Below, in pieces: positions 12,260 to 26,300 of a stretch of 59,316 bases of DNA. Origin of the DNA: Asterionella formosa. Taxonomy: Eukaryota. Positions within the stretch are counted from its first letter, which is position 1, and the number at the start of each line of letters is the position of its first letter. The DNA lies in the NCBI GenBank assembly GCA_002256025.1, contig NKIB01013343.1, forward strand, positions 1 through 59,316, read 5' to 3'. The notes below the pieces were generated by a model. That model saw nothing but the letters and a program-made list of their open reading frames with translations, did no database searches and was not told where the DNA came from. The position numbers and the translations under genes were made by a program.

Positions 12260-13540
12260 TATCAAATGATCCGATCCTACTTGACTATTTAACAGCAGCA
12301 AAGCCCTCAAATCCAATGTTCCTCCAGGAATTGGTGATTGTTTCAATTGAGACTCTATCCCAGCATGCCATTTCTGTCCATTGTGCAATGCAATGCCTTT
12401 GCACCTTGGCATTATCCACATTGGAAACCATGTATTCTTCACAATATCCACGCATGTAGTCCTTGAAGGGCTTATTGACTCCTACATCCAACGCTTGAAC
12501 TCTAGAAGTGTAGCTTGGGAGGACGAAATCAACTTCAGTGCCGCAATTTTTAATTGGATCAACACAACGTTCTACCTTGTGGACAGTAAAATCATCCATA
12601 AGAAGGTGACTAGGCTCACTGAATTTTCCCAACACAAACATTCAACCCAAGCTTTGGGTTGACAAGCATATTTAATACCAACCGGAAAAAGTTGTTGATT
12701 GTTGTCTAGCTAGTAATCCCAATTGCCTCGCAATACGTCCATCCCTTGTTCCTGTAAATACAATTAATGGTGGCAACTTCTCACCACTTATTGTCACCCC
12801 TAAAATCACAGTGCAACGATTCAAATTCCCTGTTGTTCGAAGCCCAATGGTCCTTTCGCCTCGGGTTGCCAAAGTCCTTCTTGATTCAAACATGACAAAA
12901 TTGATGTTTGTCTCATTAATATTGACAATGTTTCCAGCAGGAAATTCGAACGCAGCAATTTGATTGTTGATGTAGGAAACAAAATCCTGAATCTGTTCCT
13001 GGTCCAGCCTTGAATTTTGGGCAACAAGAAGCACACGCCTAATGACAATGTCCTTACGGGCGAGCCGGCGCTTGAACCGTTTTTCAAGTGCCTTCAGCGA
13101 CACATTTTAGTTCCAAGGTTGCCTCTTAAGCTCAACACTGAGCATCCTGATGGTGCAGGCCGTATCTTGAAGCCGCAACTGGTCGAAAAGAGACTCCAAT
13201 CCTTCAGACTCAGCAACACCTTTTGGAGAGCAGCCCGGGTGAGCGATTTTTTATCAACACCTGCCTCTAAATCAAACCTTCTTCCTGCAGTGATATCTCC
13301 ACCGCCACCTCCGCCGGACCCACAACTATTGTACCATCTAGCATAGACTTCCAGCTCCGTATCTGCTTTGGCTGAACCAAATCTGCTCTGGCGGTTCCTT
13401 GATATTGTTGGGCTTGCTGTATGCTTCTGCAACAATATTTTCCTTCTGCCTGATGCAGAGATATTTTTTCGTTGTCGTGCTGATGGTTCCGGGATTCCGT
13501 AGAAAATGATTTGGTTGGCTAACCTCAATTTCTATCATGG
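12260..13540 (-). mobile_element. Frameshifted pogo/Tigger-type (CENP-B HTH + DDE_1) transposase
   Basis: Motifs NINETNINF, CTVILGVTISGEKLPPLIVFTG, LLMDDFTVH and LPSYTSRVQALDVGVNKPFK are spread over several frames. TIRs not located. Confidence 0.9.
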
Positions 13541-13849
13541 TCAGAGTTGTAGAGGAGCCTACACAATTAATTACATAGTAGAATAAGGTACAAATTTTAC
13601 ACACTCTAGAAATTTCTGTTGAAGTCATGACGAAATTCGGGCGTGCCAGTGCTCCAAAAATAGAAATTCAATTGAACCTAAAACAATTTATCTTTTAATC
13701 TTGTTATTTATTTGTTTTAGAATATGGAAAAAATGTTTTACGGTAATTAGGCCAATTTTAACCGTGAACCAAAACCAAGACACAAAAATGTAATTTTCGT
13801 TTGGTTATGGTTTCGGTTCAACAGGCTGATGAACCATGACAATTAGTAC

Positions 13850-14020
13850 GTATATGAAAGTCAGTAAAAAATTATGCCTTGGAAGTATTTTCTGGCATTT
13901 GAGAGGTTGCGCCTTCTCCGAGATTTCTATTGCTAAAGTTTTCGCATCAATTTTCCAATAGGAGTTATCAAGCTAGTCACGGCGGCCTCAACTATTTCTC
14001 TTTTCGGTCTTGTCCTCAAA
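13850..14020 (+). repeat. Dispersed repeat; second copy at about 47025-47210
   Basis: ATGAAAGTCAGTA...CCGAGATTTCTATTGCT...TCAAGCTAGTCAC is shared. Confidence 0.75.
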
Positions 14021-14499
14021 ATTGAGGAAACGATGACGAAAACAATTTCTAGTAGCAATTTCAAATTTATGTTGTCAATATTGGTGCAAAACATTTTATT
14101 ATTGAACGATTGTTAAATTGTCTAGCTTTATTCATTGAGAATATCACAGATCTTACTTGTTGTAAGATCATTAAAGCTGAAAAAGTATTTTCACTTATCA
14201 TTTTGTAATATTGCGAACTATTTGTTAATGATCTATCCAGACTTGTTCTTGCCTGATTATTCATGTAATCCTTAACAAGACATTTTACAGTTTCCTTGAT
14301 CTCGTCAATATGATCTTCGTTGCTTTGACAAAAAGTAAGCATATTGATTTGACAATAAGTAACCATTGCATATTCATTTGACAATTAGTGAGCATCTTAT
14401 TCACTTGTCAATAAGTAAGCATCTCAATTCATATAGTTTCACTAGTAAGGTGAAAATCGGTAAAGCATACTAATTACGTACATCTTACTACAACATATT

Positions 14500-17400
14500 C
14501 CTCGCCTAACCATAGACGACCGGAGCAGCTCTGCAAAAATAAGCTCTACGATCACTCAAACAATCAACTTCGATGCAGAACTCTCCTCCTTCCCTTTGTC
14601 ACCACAACGCAACCCAACTAACCAAGAATCGGAACGTTGTAAAACTCTGCTTCACAAGGAAGGACCAGGCCGACACGATGAAGAGCAGCTTACACGGATA
14701 ACAGGGGTGGTTTCACCTCAACAGACAGATCATACGACGACAGCAACAAACACTACTATGTCGACGACATGCATGGTACAACGAAGATACCAACAAACAA
14801 TACGAACGATACTTTTCCAACCACGATGACAAGGAACACCAGGACCATATTTATGCTGCACAGGAGATCCATTCCAGAAAGAAACAACTCAACCGCCTGC
14901 TGATATAAATACTAACACATGCAACTTAAAGCAGAAAAATACAATCGGTTATTAACAAGGGTAAATAAAATTTTAGAGTACGTTAAAACTAAGCTCATAA
15001 TCGCACTAGTGCCGTTTAGACACAGAGAGGGGGGAGGGGGTTAAGAAAGAGACCAACTGCAACTAACTCTGCCTATAGCAAGCCCGCGGACGACGTGGTC
15101 CTTCCAACATCTCCAATCGTGGAGCAAGGCGAAGCCGAGCTTCATCACCTTGAGCCTGCATGCCACCAGGGTGCTGTTCTTGAAGGGAAGTTTCCACTGT
15201 CCAAATCCATAGTAACTTTTGTGACAGAGTATGACGTGATTTTCTGACCTGGCACGGGATGCTAACCAAGAACCTGTCAGAGGTAGTTAACCTATCCGCT
15301 TGAGAATATAACTGTGTTATGATGCGGTCCGCCTCTTGGCCAAGAATATCAATCTGTTCATCCTCTGTGGCTCCATACAGAAACTGGTTGCGGGAAGTCC
15401 ATTGCCCGATCCCAAAGTCCCATAAGTCAGATATAAGCTGGGTTGTCCAGTGATCATCAATATTTGAATCTGAATGTAGCCGTCTTGCTTGACAATATAG
15501 CGCATTTGCTTTGCCCCAGTTGACACTGATTCTGCCCCGGATGGCCTGGTCCCACCCTATGTCCTGCTGATTAATGAAAGCTTCGAAGGTGGTGTGCCCA
15601 ATGATATCGTTTGGAGGTGGGATAACGCCCTCCCATTGTACTACGCCTTCGCTTAACCATGTTTCCATGCCCGACCGGAATACTTTCATGACATACGGAC
15701 ATGTTTGTCTCCCCTTGATTGTGGTCCACATCTCCGTCCATAGCTTATTCCTATAGGTAGTGTTGCGAAGACACCTGATCACATGATTTAAGTCCTCATT
15801 AAATCTTCCGCATCGTGGGCATCGTCCATCATTTTGTTTTTCGAATTTCCGGCGTTGTTTCATTGTGGCAAACAAATCAAATTCTAACTTGAAACGCGTT
15901 GTCTTGTGTGAAGACCCAGCTATCCTTGCCCCTGCTCGATGTCTTGCCTGCCAATCGGCCATGTCATGAATTTCTTTTGTGTCCCACCTGATCTTAGCTA
16001 TAATATGCTTTTCAGTCGATTCGCGGTAGCTAGCCTCCCGAATAGCCAAGGGATGGTGACCAGTTATCCATGTTTCCTGTACACATAAGGATGCCCTATG
16101 ACCCGGTGGGGGAGCATACTTCGTTTTACACAAGTTGTGGCAACGGAGGCAAGTCCTTGCCTGGTTTGCCAAAGCATCCACATCACAGTTGAGTTTCGCT
16201 TCCCATGGCAATTCGTTATACGCTATATCTGAATCTTCTTGGTGGGATTTGACGTGAAGTGGATTGAGCTCAATATTGTGTTTCTGGACCAGGCACATAG
16301 CTGCCTGAGGGAGATCATAATCAGGAGCGAGCGTTTGAGAGGGTCCTCTGTGCTTCCATTTTTGGATTTGTGATATGAGAGCTTTATTATCAAGATATAC
16401 CTTCAAACTTTGTGTGGGAGTTTCGCCTTCTCCCAAAGTGGTTGTGGACAACAATGTTTCTACTGCTACTAAGACCCCGAGGAGACCTCCAATCTCCGGA
16501 CGGAGGGAAGACATAGCGGTGCCTCCACTTGTGACCACCCCGTGACCCCATGCACTTGTGCCATCTTGCCGAAAGAACAGTTTCCATCCCTGAGTGGCAT
16601 CGTGTTGTCCCTGTAAGGATCCGTCGGAAGTCAACACGACCTGCCCCGAGCGCATTACGGAGGACAGGATGCAGATCTGAGACATCCTCATTGATAGTGG
16701 GTAATCTCCTCATACGTGGGGTATGTTTATCTACCTTTGAAGGGATTGCCTGAGGGAGACTGGAGATTTCGAAGATTGTTGCAGTTCGGGAAGAAATGGT
16801 GACAGGATACAACTGTGATGGGCGCAAGAACACAATGCAACTTGATGTTTGGAAAGTTCGGAGAGTATGACCTTGTGAGTAGATTCGGTATAAGCCGCCT
16901 TCCGTCTGTTCAACTAAGCGATCTTTTGTCATATCCAAGTGAAAAGTCCAATGCTGGTGCATGGGTCTTGACAATCAATTCCCCAGTGGAATACGAAGTC
17001 TCCCAGTAGTACTAGGGGTACTTATTGTCCGGCCCAGTGTTTTCCGCCATAATGCCCAGGCTACCGGTGATGGACTACAATCGGTAATAAAACACATGAC
17101 ATCCAAGAGCAACTCACCAACAACTACGACGAAAATGAAGACAAGGATCACACCGAAGAAGCGCAACATATTCAAGATCATACAAACATCATCCAGAATA
17201 CTGTTGCTACAATCACAAGAAATGGCAAGACAACGACGATTACAAAGCACGGAGGGTGCTCCTACACACGCCCAAGAACAATTCTTCAGTAAATACGATG
17301 AAAAGGAACAACAGCAACATATTGGCGAAACACAAACAAATCATGAAAACAAGGATACAACTTCACTCAGTGCAGATACACATCCCCAATAACCTGACGA

Positions 17401-19930
17401 CAATAATGCACAACACAGACACATATGCAAAGCTTGATCGATCCCTCACCAAATATGATGACAAGGAAGTGGAAAGAATGGACACAGAAGAGGATGACTG
17501 GAAAACAGTCCCACCCAGACATAGAAACAGTACAACGACCTCCCAGAGAATCCGCCCACCAACATCCCCATCACGAAATAAATCTACCCAAAAAGAGACT
17601 ACAAGCAGACAGACTGCATTCAATCAATATGCAACTCTCTTTCAACTCACGTCAACACAGAAACCACGATCTATCAAGCCTCAGTCAACGCAAGCATCCG
17701 GAAACAAACAACTGACGCTTTCACCGGATTGGCAACTACTTGATCCACGCCAGATCCCTATGCCAGAAAGCCCATCCACACCAGTAAACTCCATCCCTGC
17801 CATGTTGGAATCAAGTTTACCCAATGCACCTAGAGTTACAAATGCCGAGGTTGATGCAATGGATATTGCACTTTCTGATACTGAGGAACAAGATACTATA
17901 GGAATATCGGACACAGCACACACAGTGGTTACAGATAACCGTCAATGCTTCGAATAGTACACACCAAACAAAGAGGTCATCCCAAAAATGGATGACTATC
18001 TGTCCCAAAAGATCAACCGCTGGGTTAACTTGTCAAACGATGCCTCTATCATGACCATCATACGAGCAGTATTTAAAGCTATCTTGAAGGCCTTCGCAGA
18101 AGCGACCATCGTAGCACCAGCTACCGACTCCTCCCCTCCACCAATCACACGAAATAATGGAAATATTCCAGACTCGACTGCAACAAGAACAATCTGGCGT
18201 TACATTCACAATGGGGTCGTGACCACTGCAAATTTTCACGGCAGACTGCACATTACTACATCAACTGATATGGATATAATATCTTGCGAGCGTATTGTCA
18301 AGGTCCTCAACACTCACGAGACTCTCGCATTGGCTAAATCCCCACTCGTTCTTCTGAGAGCCAAACCGCGCTTGCTTCTTATATCATGAATACTATGTTA
18401 AGGCATTTGAATGGCAAAGTAATCCCCATCCAAGCCAGTTGGTCCAAAATCCACGGCTCAAGAGAAAGCGTGCCATCACTTCACGCCACCACAATCCGAA
18501 GCAAAAAGGAAGACTCTGCGGGCGTCAGCAAAGCCCTCACACAAATATACAGCTCAGACATGGCAAATAAAGATTGGACAAGACCTCTGGTGCATTTCAT
18601 TCCCTTTGCTACCCTCAAGAGTTCAGCGGAGTCAAACAACAAGTTCATCAGACACCAGATTGCGTTCGAAAAACAGTCTATCACAGTAATCCGTCAAAAC
18701 CTCAAAGGACTTGGCGACATTATCACATACCATGACACCATTCACCAGAACACGTTTGATATCAACAGTAGCAGAAGTGTTATGTAATATGACAAATGAG
18801 GAGGGAAACCACATTTTTGATGTGGTTGTTCCACATGGTCAGAAACCACATACAACACCACAGCCCGTAACACTGCAATGATGTACATGATAAGACACAA
18901 TCTCTTACAGGTTGCTCAAGAAACCTTTCCTGACCTTACCATGCATGACTTATCCATTCAGTCTAGTGGCCCTACAGAAGGGAATACGGAATACACCAAC
19001 TTACGACTAATTCAAGAACAAAATGGAGCTGAGAAACTCGACGATAGTATCTTTGCTGACTTAGCTTCTACTTTTCCAGCACTAACCGTTACCCCCAAGG
19101 AATCCATTGGACGACATACAAAGCTGCTCACTACATATTCTTTTGGAGACGAAAGCATTGATGGAACTGGTCACTCCCTGGCCAAACACCTCATTCTACA
19201 TTTGCCAAAACTCAAATAGAGACAGCTCCTGGAAAAATCCCGCAATCATCGTGGCCCCAACATGGACAGTGACTTAAGTAGCAGTAGCAATGATAGCCTG
19301 AGCACTAGGCAGAGTCGACAGCGAGCAAACAAACTCAACAGAAAACGCCCAGGAATAAAAAGGCAACGACAATCATATGCTCAAGCAACACAAGTGATAG
19401 CCAAAAGACACCCCACAACCTTGAAATCACCAGAAGAAGTGTCAGAAATTACCCCCTCAGAATCCACGTGGTTAGTAGGACACGAAGTTCAGAAAGAGGT
19501 GGTATCCATTCGCTGCAAACGCCTTCAAATGCAGGCCAACATTCAGGATTATCAGTCAGCCCAGGAAACTCTCAATGCCACCATGCAAACTTTGAAAAGC
19601 GATACAGAGGAAATTAAAGGGAACTTAGTCCTGAGATGGAGATGCTCAGAACCCTGCACCCAGGACTATCCCCCATAAGGAATTCAGAGACATACCAACC
19701 AATGAAAACAGGAAAGATTAAATATGGTCTTTCCCCTGAAATGGCCGCAACACCAAACTTTCCCTCAAAATCGCAGCATGGCAAAGCAAGCCATAGATGA
19801 GCCATAGCTGGCAAGGATCATGAAGTCATCTATGGATGATCTGGACGGCTTAGAGAACTCTGTTCCAGCAGCCAATCATATCAATCCACACATTACATCT
19901 ACATTCCTCACCCACAAAGCATTGCAGGCC
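14500..19930 (+). mobile_element. Decayed plus-strand ORF1-like region, probably of a large (Ambal-like) non-LTR element, split by the insertion at 14950-17075
   Basis: A/C-rich plus-strand ORF fragments (14596-14829; 17256-19678) with low-complexity ORF1-type motifs WKTVPPR and SYAQAT and a coiled-coil segment. A TSD joins the two parts. No catalytic domain is present, so the family is inferred. Confidence 0.55.
14950..17075 (-). mobile_element. 5'-truncated Ambal-like non-LTR retrotransposon (RNase H + CCHC-type C-terminus)
   Basis: ORF 15063-16691 has RNase H motifs SDGS, SSLRPEIGG, YLDNKALI, HVKSHQ and LNCDVDALA, then CPRCG..EDLNHVIRC and QQDIGWDQAIRGRIS. Upstream frameshifted piece at 16390-16974. 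TSD TACAATCGGT at 14940-14949 and 17076-17085. Confidence 0.85.
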
Positions 19931-20646
19931 AATCCAGTATCTGCAATTAAAAGCTATCATATTCCCATGATGCATCATAGGATTGTGATCATCTGATCAT
20001 AATTTTTCGTTATGATATCATCTAAGAATTTTGATAAATGCCCTTGTAATTTAAATAGTAACCCTTTTGACTACATATATCTAATTTTTATATGTATAAT
20101 TTCTATTAGATTTCTGTATTTGAATTTCTTGGTAGGATAATTTACCAGCTGAAGTAATGTAATTTGGCTTGTCATTTCCATCCGTCATTACTCCGATTTT
20201 TGCAACAACAACAAAGTACTAGACTAGCGATGACAAGTAGAATGATTGTTTGCGATAATGTCTTCAAATGTTGGTCAAGTGATCCTTATATCTTTGATTA
20301 ATTGTCATGTGCAGTGAACCTATGTTCATAATCATTCAATTAAGAGTTTACAGAGAAGAAATCATTCGAACTCCGAATGGTTCCGCACATAGCACAAAAA
20401 GTAAATCCATTCCATTGACCACCAGCATAACAATCTCGCAAATCAACTTGTAAACAAACACATTCTACTTGTTCTCGTTGACATTTTCAATTCTCACATG
20501 ATACTACATCTGCAATTGAGATTCAGCATAGAAGGAGATACTAAAATGTAACAGACTACGGTCCACATAGTTATAGTTATAGAATGATTCTGATTACAAT
20601 TTCTTTTTCATATCGCTCGTTTCCCCATTTGGGATACTGTACTTGT

Positions 20647-21030
20647 ATTCACTGTTGAACTTGTCCGCATCTTTGTTACCATTAATTGAGCGACAAGTGG
20701 CTCACTTCATTGTTGTTTGCTCATGAAAAACCCGCCTGGTATCTGTATCATCAACAATAGAGGGACGAATGTCCTTCGTCATTACCATTGTGGCTTGCTG
20801 CACGAAAAATTTGAGATCCGTATTGTCATTTGCTTGTTGGAACTGTCCATTGCCTCAAACCTGCTTGGCGTGTGCGTACACACACTGCCGACTTGTTTTC
20901 ATTGGTATGTTGTTCTAATATTCACTGTTGAACTTGTCCGCATCTTTGTTATCATCAATAGAGCGACAAGTGGCTCACTTCATTGTTGTTTGCTCCGGGA
21001 AAAATCGGTGTCTGTGTCATCATCAATAGT
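20647..21030 (+). repeat. Tandem duplication, period 273 bp
   Basis: ATTCACTGTTGAACTTGTCCGCATCTTTGTTA...GAGCGACAAGTGGCTCACTTCATTGTTGTTTGCTC at 20647 and 20920. Confidence 0.8.
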
Positions 21031-21405
21031 TGTGGCATGTTTCGCTTTGTAATCGGTATAATGTACAGATCCTTTTGTTCTGTACCAATTGTCCTAGTAT
21101 ATCTGCATGTTTTCTTTTGCGGAGCGCTCCTCATTCCTAGCTTTCCATGCACTAAGTGCCAAAGTTGAGAGATTGCTGTTCTCACCCATCAACTACCTTG
21201 TGCTCCTATGACTCCTGTGACGTGACGTCTCCTGAGGACGAGCTACAGAGAGCTTTTGTCCATAGTATTTTCCTCAAATATTCCCAAAGGGTAAGCTATG
21301 TTCCCAGCATTGCTTGATGAGCCACCACCGCTTTAATTATCTCTTCAATGTTTTGTAAGCAAGGCCTGGAGAGAAAATTTAGGTAGAAACTCCCCCAGAG
21401 TCTCC

Positions 21406-23333
21406 TGTCTGTAAATAAAAACTATCATGAAAATATGATCAAGGGTATCGTACTTTAACTGGCACAGGATTTTTACATATATGATAGTTTTTCGATCAAA
21501 AATATGATCAATGTATCATATAATTATAATCATGCTGTAAACTTTTACCGAGCTTGAAGTATGATGAGCGATACTATCATAGTTATAATACCATTGCATC
21601 ATATAATTAGTTAAACATGGTCATATGATGTGTATACTTTTGTCATACATCTATATTAGCATGATCGTAATTCTCATCGATATCACTGCCTAAAATAGGA
21701 TGAAATGGATCGAAATTTAGAACTATATTTAAGAATGGTTCTATGTTTCTATATCTTGAGTGGCTACAAAATGTTCTACACTTCTCTCATTGCAATGATT
21801 GGTGCTTCAGCTGCTTTCACTTCCACTTTCCCCCCAATCCAATTCTGAAGGTTGTTGTACTGGTTGCCTTTCCGTTGTTCCCCTGCTTGCTTTGTTCCAT
21901 TTAATCCTGACGGATCTGAGTTTGCATTCACGCACTATTGAATCCGTTTCGTCGTTCCAATCAGCCATACTAACAAAGAGAAGCAATTCATTGTTAGTTG
22001 TTCATTTTTTGCTTACACAACAACATGCATTTCGCTTCTACCTTCACTTACCACAAATTGAGGAAGTACCTGATGCATATTTCTGTAAAAGGATGTGTCA
22101 GTTCAAGATTGAATGAGAAAGTATCGATCAATAGATGGGCTCCAACGCTGCTGTTTGTAAATTACAAAAACTGTTTGTCTACCATTATCCTGAAAGAAGC
22201 AACACATATGTGTCAAGTTTTTCTAACAGTTGTGGATTGATCCAAAGATGATAACACTTACCGATTTCTTTTGTCCGCATTGATGGTTCTTGGCCAGCCA
22301 CCAAATCGAAAAGGAGCTATTGAATCACTGAAAGGGGATGAGTCATTCTGTATTTGTAATCCCAACAATTGATCATTCTGGCATTTGCTCTTGACATGCC
22401 GTGATACTATGCACAGCTTGTTGATTCCGTCCTTCTCCCTCATATTCACTCCTTCTTAGCCGCATGGTGTATCATTGTGCTGCATTGTCACTTCAGTTTT
22501 TCGCATCATGTGTTGCTTGAGATCCTTCATTTCAGGAAGTGTATGCATGACAAGAAACATGAAAGGCATTTGCTCTTGACTTACCATCAATTGATCCCGC
22601 CCTTCTCCGTAGTCACTCCTTCTAAGCCGGTCGCAAGTATCATTGTGTTGTATTATCACTTTCGTTTTCCATGTCATCATGTTTGATGATCCTTCATTTC
22701 AGGAGCAAAGTGTATGCATGACAAGGAACATGAAAACATGATTTCAATGCATCAGCCAGCCATGAAAACAGCTATATAAAGATTTGTGAGAAGTTTAAAT
22801 GTATATATAGTTGAACAATTGCATAGTTTTAAACACTCTCATTATACGGCATATCCTGTGTATACTAAAATCAATTTTGATCATACATAATTCAAATATA
22901 TACAATGCATGATGCGTTCATAGTTTTCTACAACCTGTTGAAGTTTTTCAATTTGTTTTGTGTCAATTCTTGTACCTACAAGTCAGTGGCTGATTTAATT
23001 AAGCCCTTAAAAAAGGGATTCATCACCAATTTTTCAAATGGTCTAAATCATACATTTATGTATATAGACATATTGACCAAAAATCATTTGGCCTACCGGT
23101 AGTGCTGTATACTTGCTGGGAATTTCTTCTATCATGGAAATACCACAACAGTGCAGCGGAAAACTGAATATGCTCATGTCTATAGGATCATTTGATCATA
23201 TTTTTAAGATCAATTAATCCTGATTTTCTCATCAACGACACCATTTATCATGATATGATCAATATGTTATAATCAAAGGTATAGGATAAACGAATCAAAA
23301 TTTATTGATTAAAGATCATAGTTTTTACCGGAG
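21406..23333. mobile_element. Nested element with ATGATCAT-rich ends; left end homologous to the reverse complement of 46560-46748
   Basis: Starts TGTCTGTAAATAAAAACTATCATG...GATCAAGGGTATCGTAC...TGGCACA. The right end ...GATCATAGTTTTTACCGGAG is tentative. Internal duplication of about 170 bp at 22466-22740. Confidence 0.55.
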
Positions 23334-26300
23334 TAGTTGCTCATGCATGCAACACCTCCCCCCTGTATACAGTACGGAAGTGATAACCCCCTAGCTACCA
23401 AATGTTTATGTCTTGTAAGGATTATCGCAGCATGCATGCATACATGACTCCTACTGGTATATACAATGCGGAAATGATGACCACCAGACTACCAATCCTA
23501 TAGGTCCTGTAGAATTACCGCAACATGGCTGCATATCTAATGAAAGGGTGGGAGAAGTCATCCATGCTGCAACTGTATAGTATGAAATGTGGAAATGATC
23601 AAATATAGTCTACACAAGAAGCAGTGCTTCATATATGCCCTGCTGTTTTTATTTTAATTCCTATGAAATCTCGCTCTTGATCTGTTCTGCGCTTTTTCGC
23701 CACAATTGTTTTCATTGGTTGTTTCACTGGACAGCATTCGAATTGATTGTGCTTTGAACGAAGTAATGATCGAAGTCCACCCCATTGCAGAATGGTGAGT
23801 CTCACAACTTAGTATCAGCCAGTCGATTAAAATTGGACTGTCTTTTGTGCACACTCGTCGTGTTTGTAATTGACTTAATTTGTGTGAGCCAAGAGCAGCC
23901 ATGGTATGCCACCATTTATTGTCTATACAAGTTTCGAATGCATTCAGCTATGATACTTTTGCTCCCCCCTACTACAGACTATCTCACCACCCTTGTCATA
24001 GATTTTTCTTTATCCTTCGGCTTCACAGGCCCAGGTTACTCAATGCCTTCATCTGCAAGTTCAGCCAAGCATGTTGGCGTCAAGAAAACCTCAACCCCGA
24101 TTTTCCTCACATGCTCAACCCATTGACTTCTTCATTAATGAAGTCGAGGTAGCTATATTGACGACATCAGGTGGCGCAGGCTTGTATATATTGATGATGC
24201 CGAAAGCATTGCTTCCTTTTCCCATATGTACCTATTTGTCAACATTGTTTGGGTCAATCCATTCTTGTTCCCGCAAGACCAGAAGCGATTATCCCTTTAC
24301 TTCTCCTCCCAAGAACCTTCATTTCTGCTTCACAATTGTCCTGATGTTTGCAGAGCATTTTTAACTATTTCCCTTTTGATTTTCCCACTGGTTTCGATCC
24401 CTTTTGCATTCAAGTCAAGAAACAAGCAATTCATTGAGATTTCTGGAGGTTTTGGTCAGTGGCAACATACAGCAAGCAACAATCAACAGATCATGGCGGC
24501 TGTTCTCCATTTTCTTTAGCAAGTGACATCCAAGAAGGGTCTGAGATCATTGGGGAGAAAAATTAGACTCCTCTGTGTTGTTTGCCCCTGCCCGGTTGGC
24601 ATTCTACCATTGCTTCCTCTCAATCAATACTAGCTAGTATAGCTAATGAAAACCGTAATTAGATGAAAAGTGACTTCCGGTTTCTAATATTTTACATTGG
24701 TGCACTAGTACTGAAACTTGAATCCATAAATGGTCATTCAACTTGTGCTTCTTGCATTTGTGCAGTATAGATTGGCTGGTGGTCGATAGGCCAAAGTGTC
24801 TCGCTTTTCATGATCATCTACAAGGTACTAGTGCTTTTGTCGAGGTTTGTGTCTAAATCCAACTGCTGCCATCCATTGAACCATTCCAGATACATCAAAG
24901 AATACGCTCCTGTCTTCAAAGGTAAGAAACTAGTACGATGACAAAGGAAATCTGATGAGACATGAAAACTCCGAAACCAGGCAGAATCACTCTGTTACTA
25001 TAAATAGACAGTCTCATGCTTCTTTGTGCGTATCGCCTGCTATGCTGCATTTCAATTCTAGATGTATTACATTCTTGTTAGAGAGACGAAGTTACAGAGA
25101 AGTAGATTTTACTGTTCTATAATTTTGTAGCTATGATTGAGGTTGTAACACTGATCGATGCTCTGGTGACAGACCGGCCGGAAATATTCGTCTTGTGTGA
25201 TGAGCATTTCGTTTTCATTGGATTTCTTTTCAAGCTCTTAACGGATTGCATATGAATATACTGTGCAATGTAGATGATGATTCATCGAAGACATATGATG
25301 ACTTGAACAACAAATGAAGATTTTTCACAAACACTCGTTCCTCTCGACAAGGCTGGTTTGTCGTTGTTGCAAGAATCAGAGTGAGGACTGGCAAGGATGA
25401 TGAGCCAAACCACAGCCATTAATCTATCTGGTTCATTATCCTACCAAGAAATTTAAATAAAGGAAACTAAAAGAAACAAAAAATATAATAATTAAATTTC
25501 CATTGTCAAAGGGTTAATATTTTAATTACGAGGGCATTTATCAAAATTATTAGATGATATAACGAAAAACTATGATCAGCTGATCATAATCCTATGATGC
25601 ATCATAGGAATATGATGGTTTTTATTTGCAGACGTTGGTTTGAGGTTGTGAGGTTCAATTCCCGCAATTTTTTTAGAGGTAATTGTTGGGTTCGACTCCC
25701 ACACTCCTTACCATCCTGCACGATCTTGCCTTGCTTGTGTGCAAGAAATAGTGGGTTGCTCCCCTACAAGCAGCATGTGCCGCCTTCCTAGTTGGTGGTC
25801 GGAGTTTCCCCTAATGCTGCGGTTAAGACAATCACCTTTCACAAAAGGTGGTTGGGGACTCACCTATGCTAACAAAACTAGGGAAGCACAGGTCTTGTTG
25901 GCAGGTAGCATAATGAAAGACTTGCCTAGAAATAGGGCAGTACAAATGGGCTATAAAACATACTATCCTTTTAGTTGTATTAGTGAGTATAACAGTGAAA
26001 CACTGAATGTGGAATGTAGATCATACTATTTGTCAAATTTGCGATTTCATTGCTTCCATTGTCCATTTTGATTGCTTCCATCATTGTTTGTTGTTCTGTA
26101 CTGTCATTCTGGTTCGATTGTATCTATCTACAGAAGGGACAATGTATGTATCAATGCGAATTCTTTGAAGATGTATTGTTGTTGATCTTATTTGTTGATT
26201 AGTATAGTCATTGATCATGCTGATGTCAATATTGCCACCACCAAGCAATGCTTTTCTTGTACTAATACGCTTTGCTACCTTTCAACTCAGAGTCCTTCTC

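Larger units (their letters stand above)
19938..25634. mobile_element. About 5.7-kb element bounded by about 130-bp terminal inverted repeats (end consensus CGTCTGCAAATAAAAA)
   Basis: 19938-20071 aligns with the reverse complement of 25505-25634 (ATCATATTCC.ATGATGCATCATAGGATT.TGATCA.CTGATCATA.TTTTTCGTTA...). No recognisable transposase or TSD. Confidence 0.7.

Noticed and set aside
14950..19930. Twin-priming 5' inversion of a single LINE (minus-strand RNase H next to plus-strand ORF1)
   Set aside because: A 10-bp TSD brackets only the minus-strand part, and ORF1-like sequence continues on both sides, so a nested insertion explains it better.
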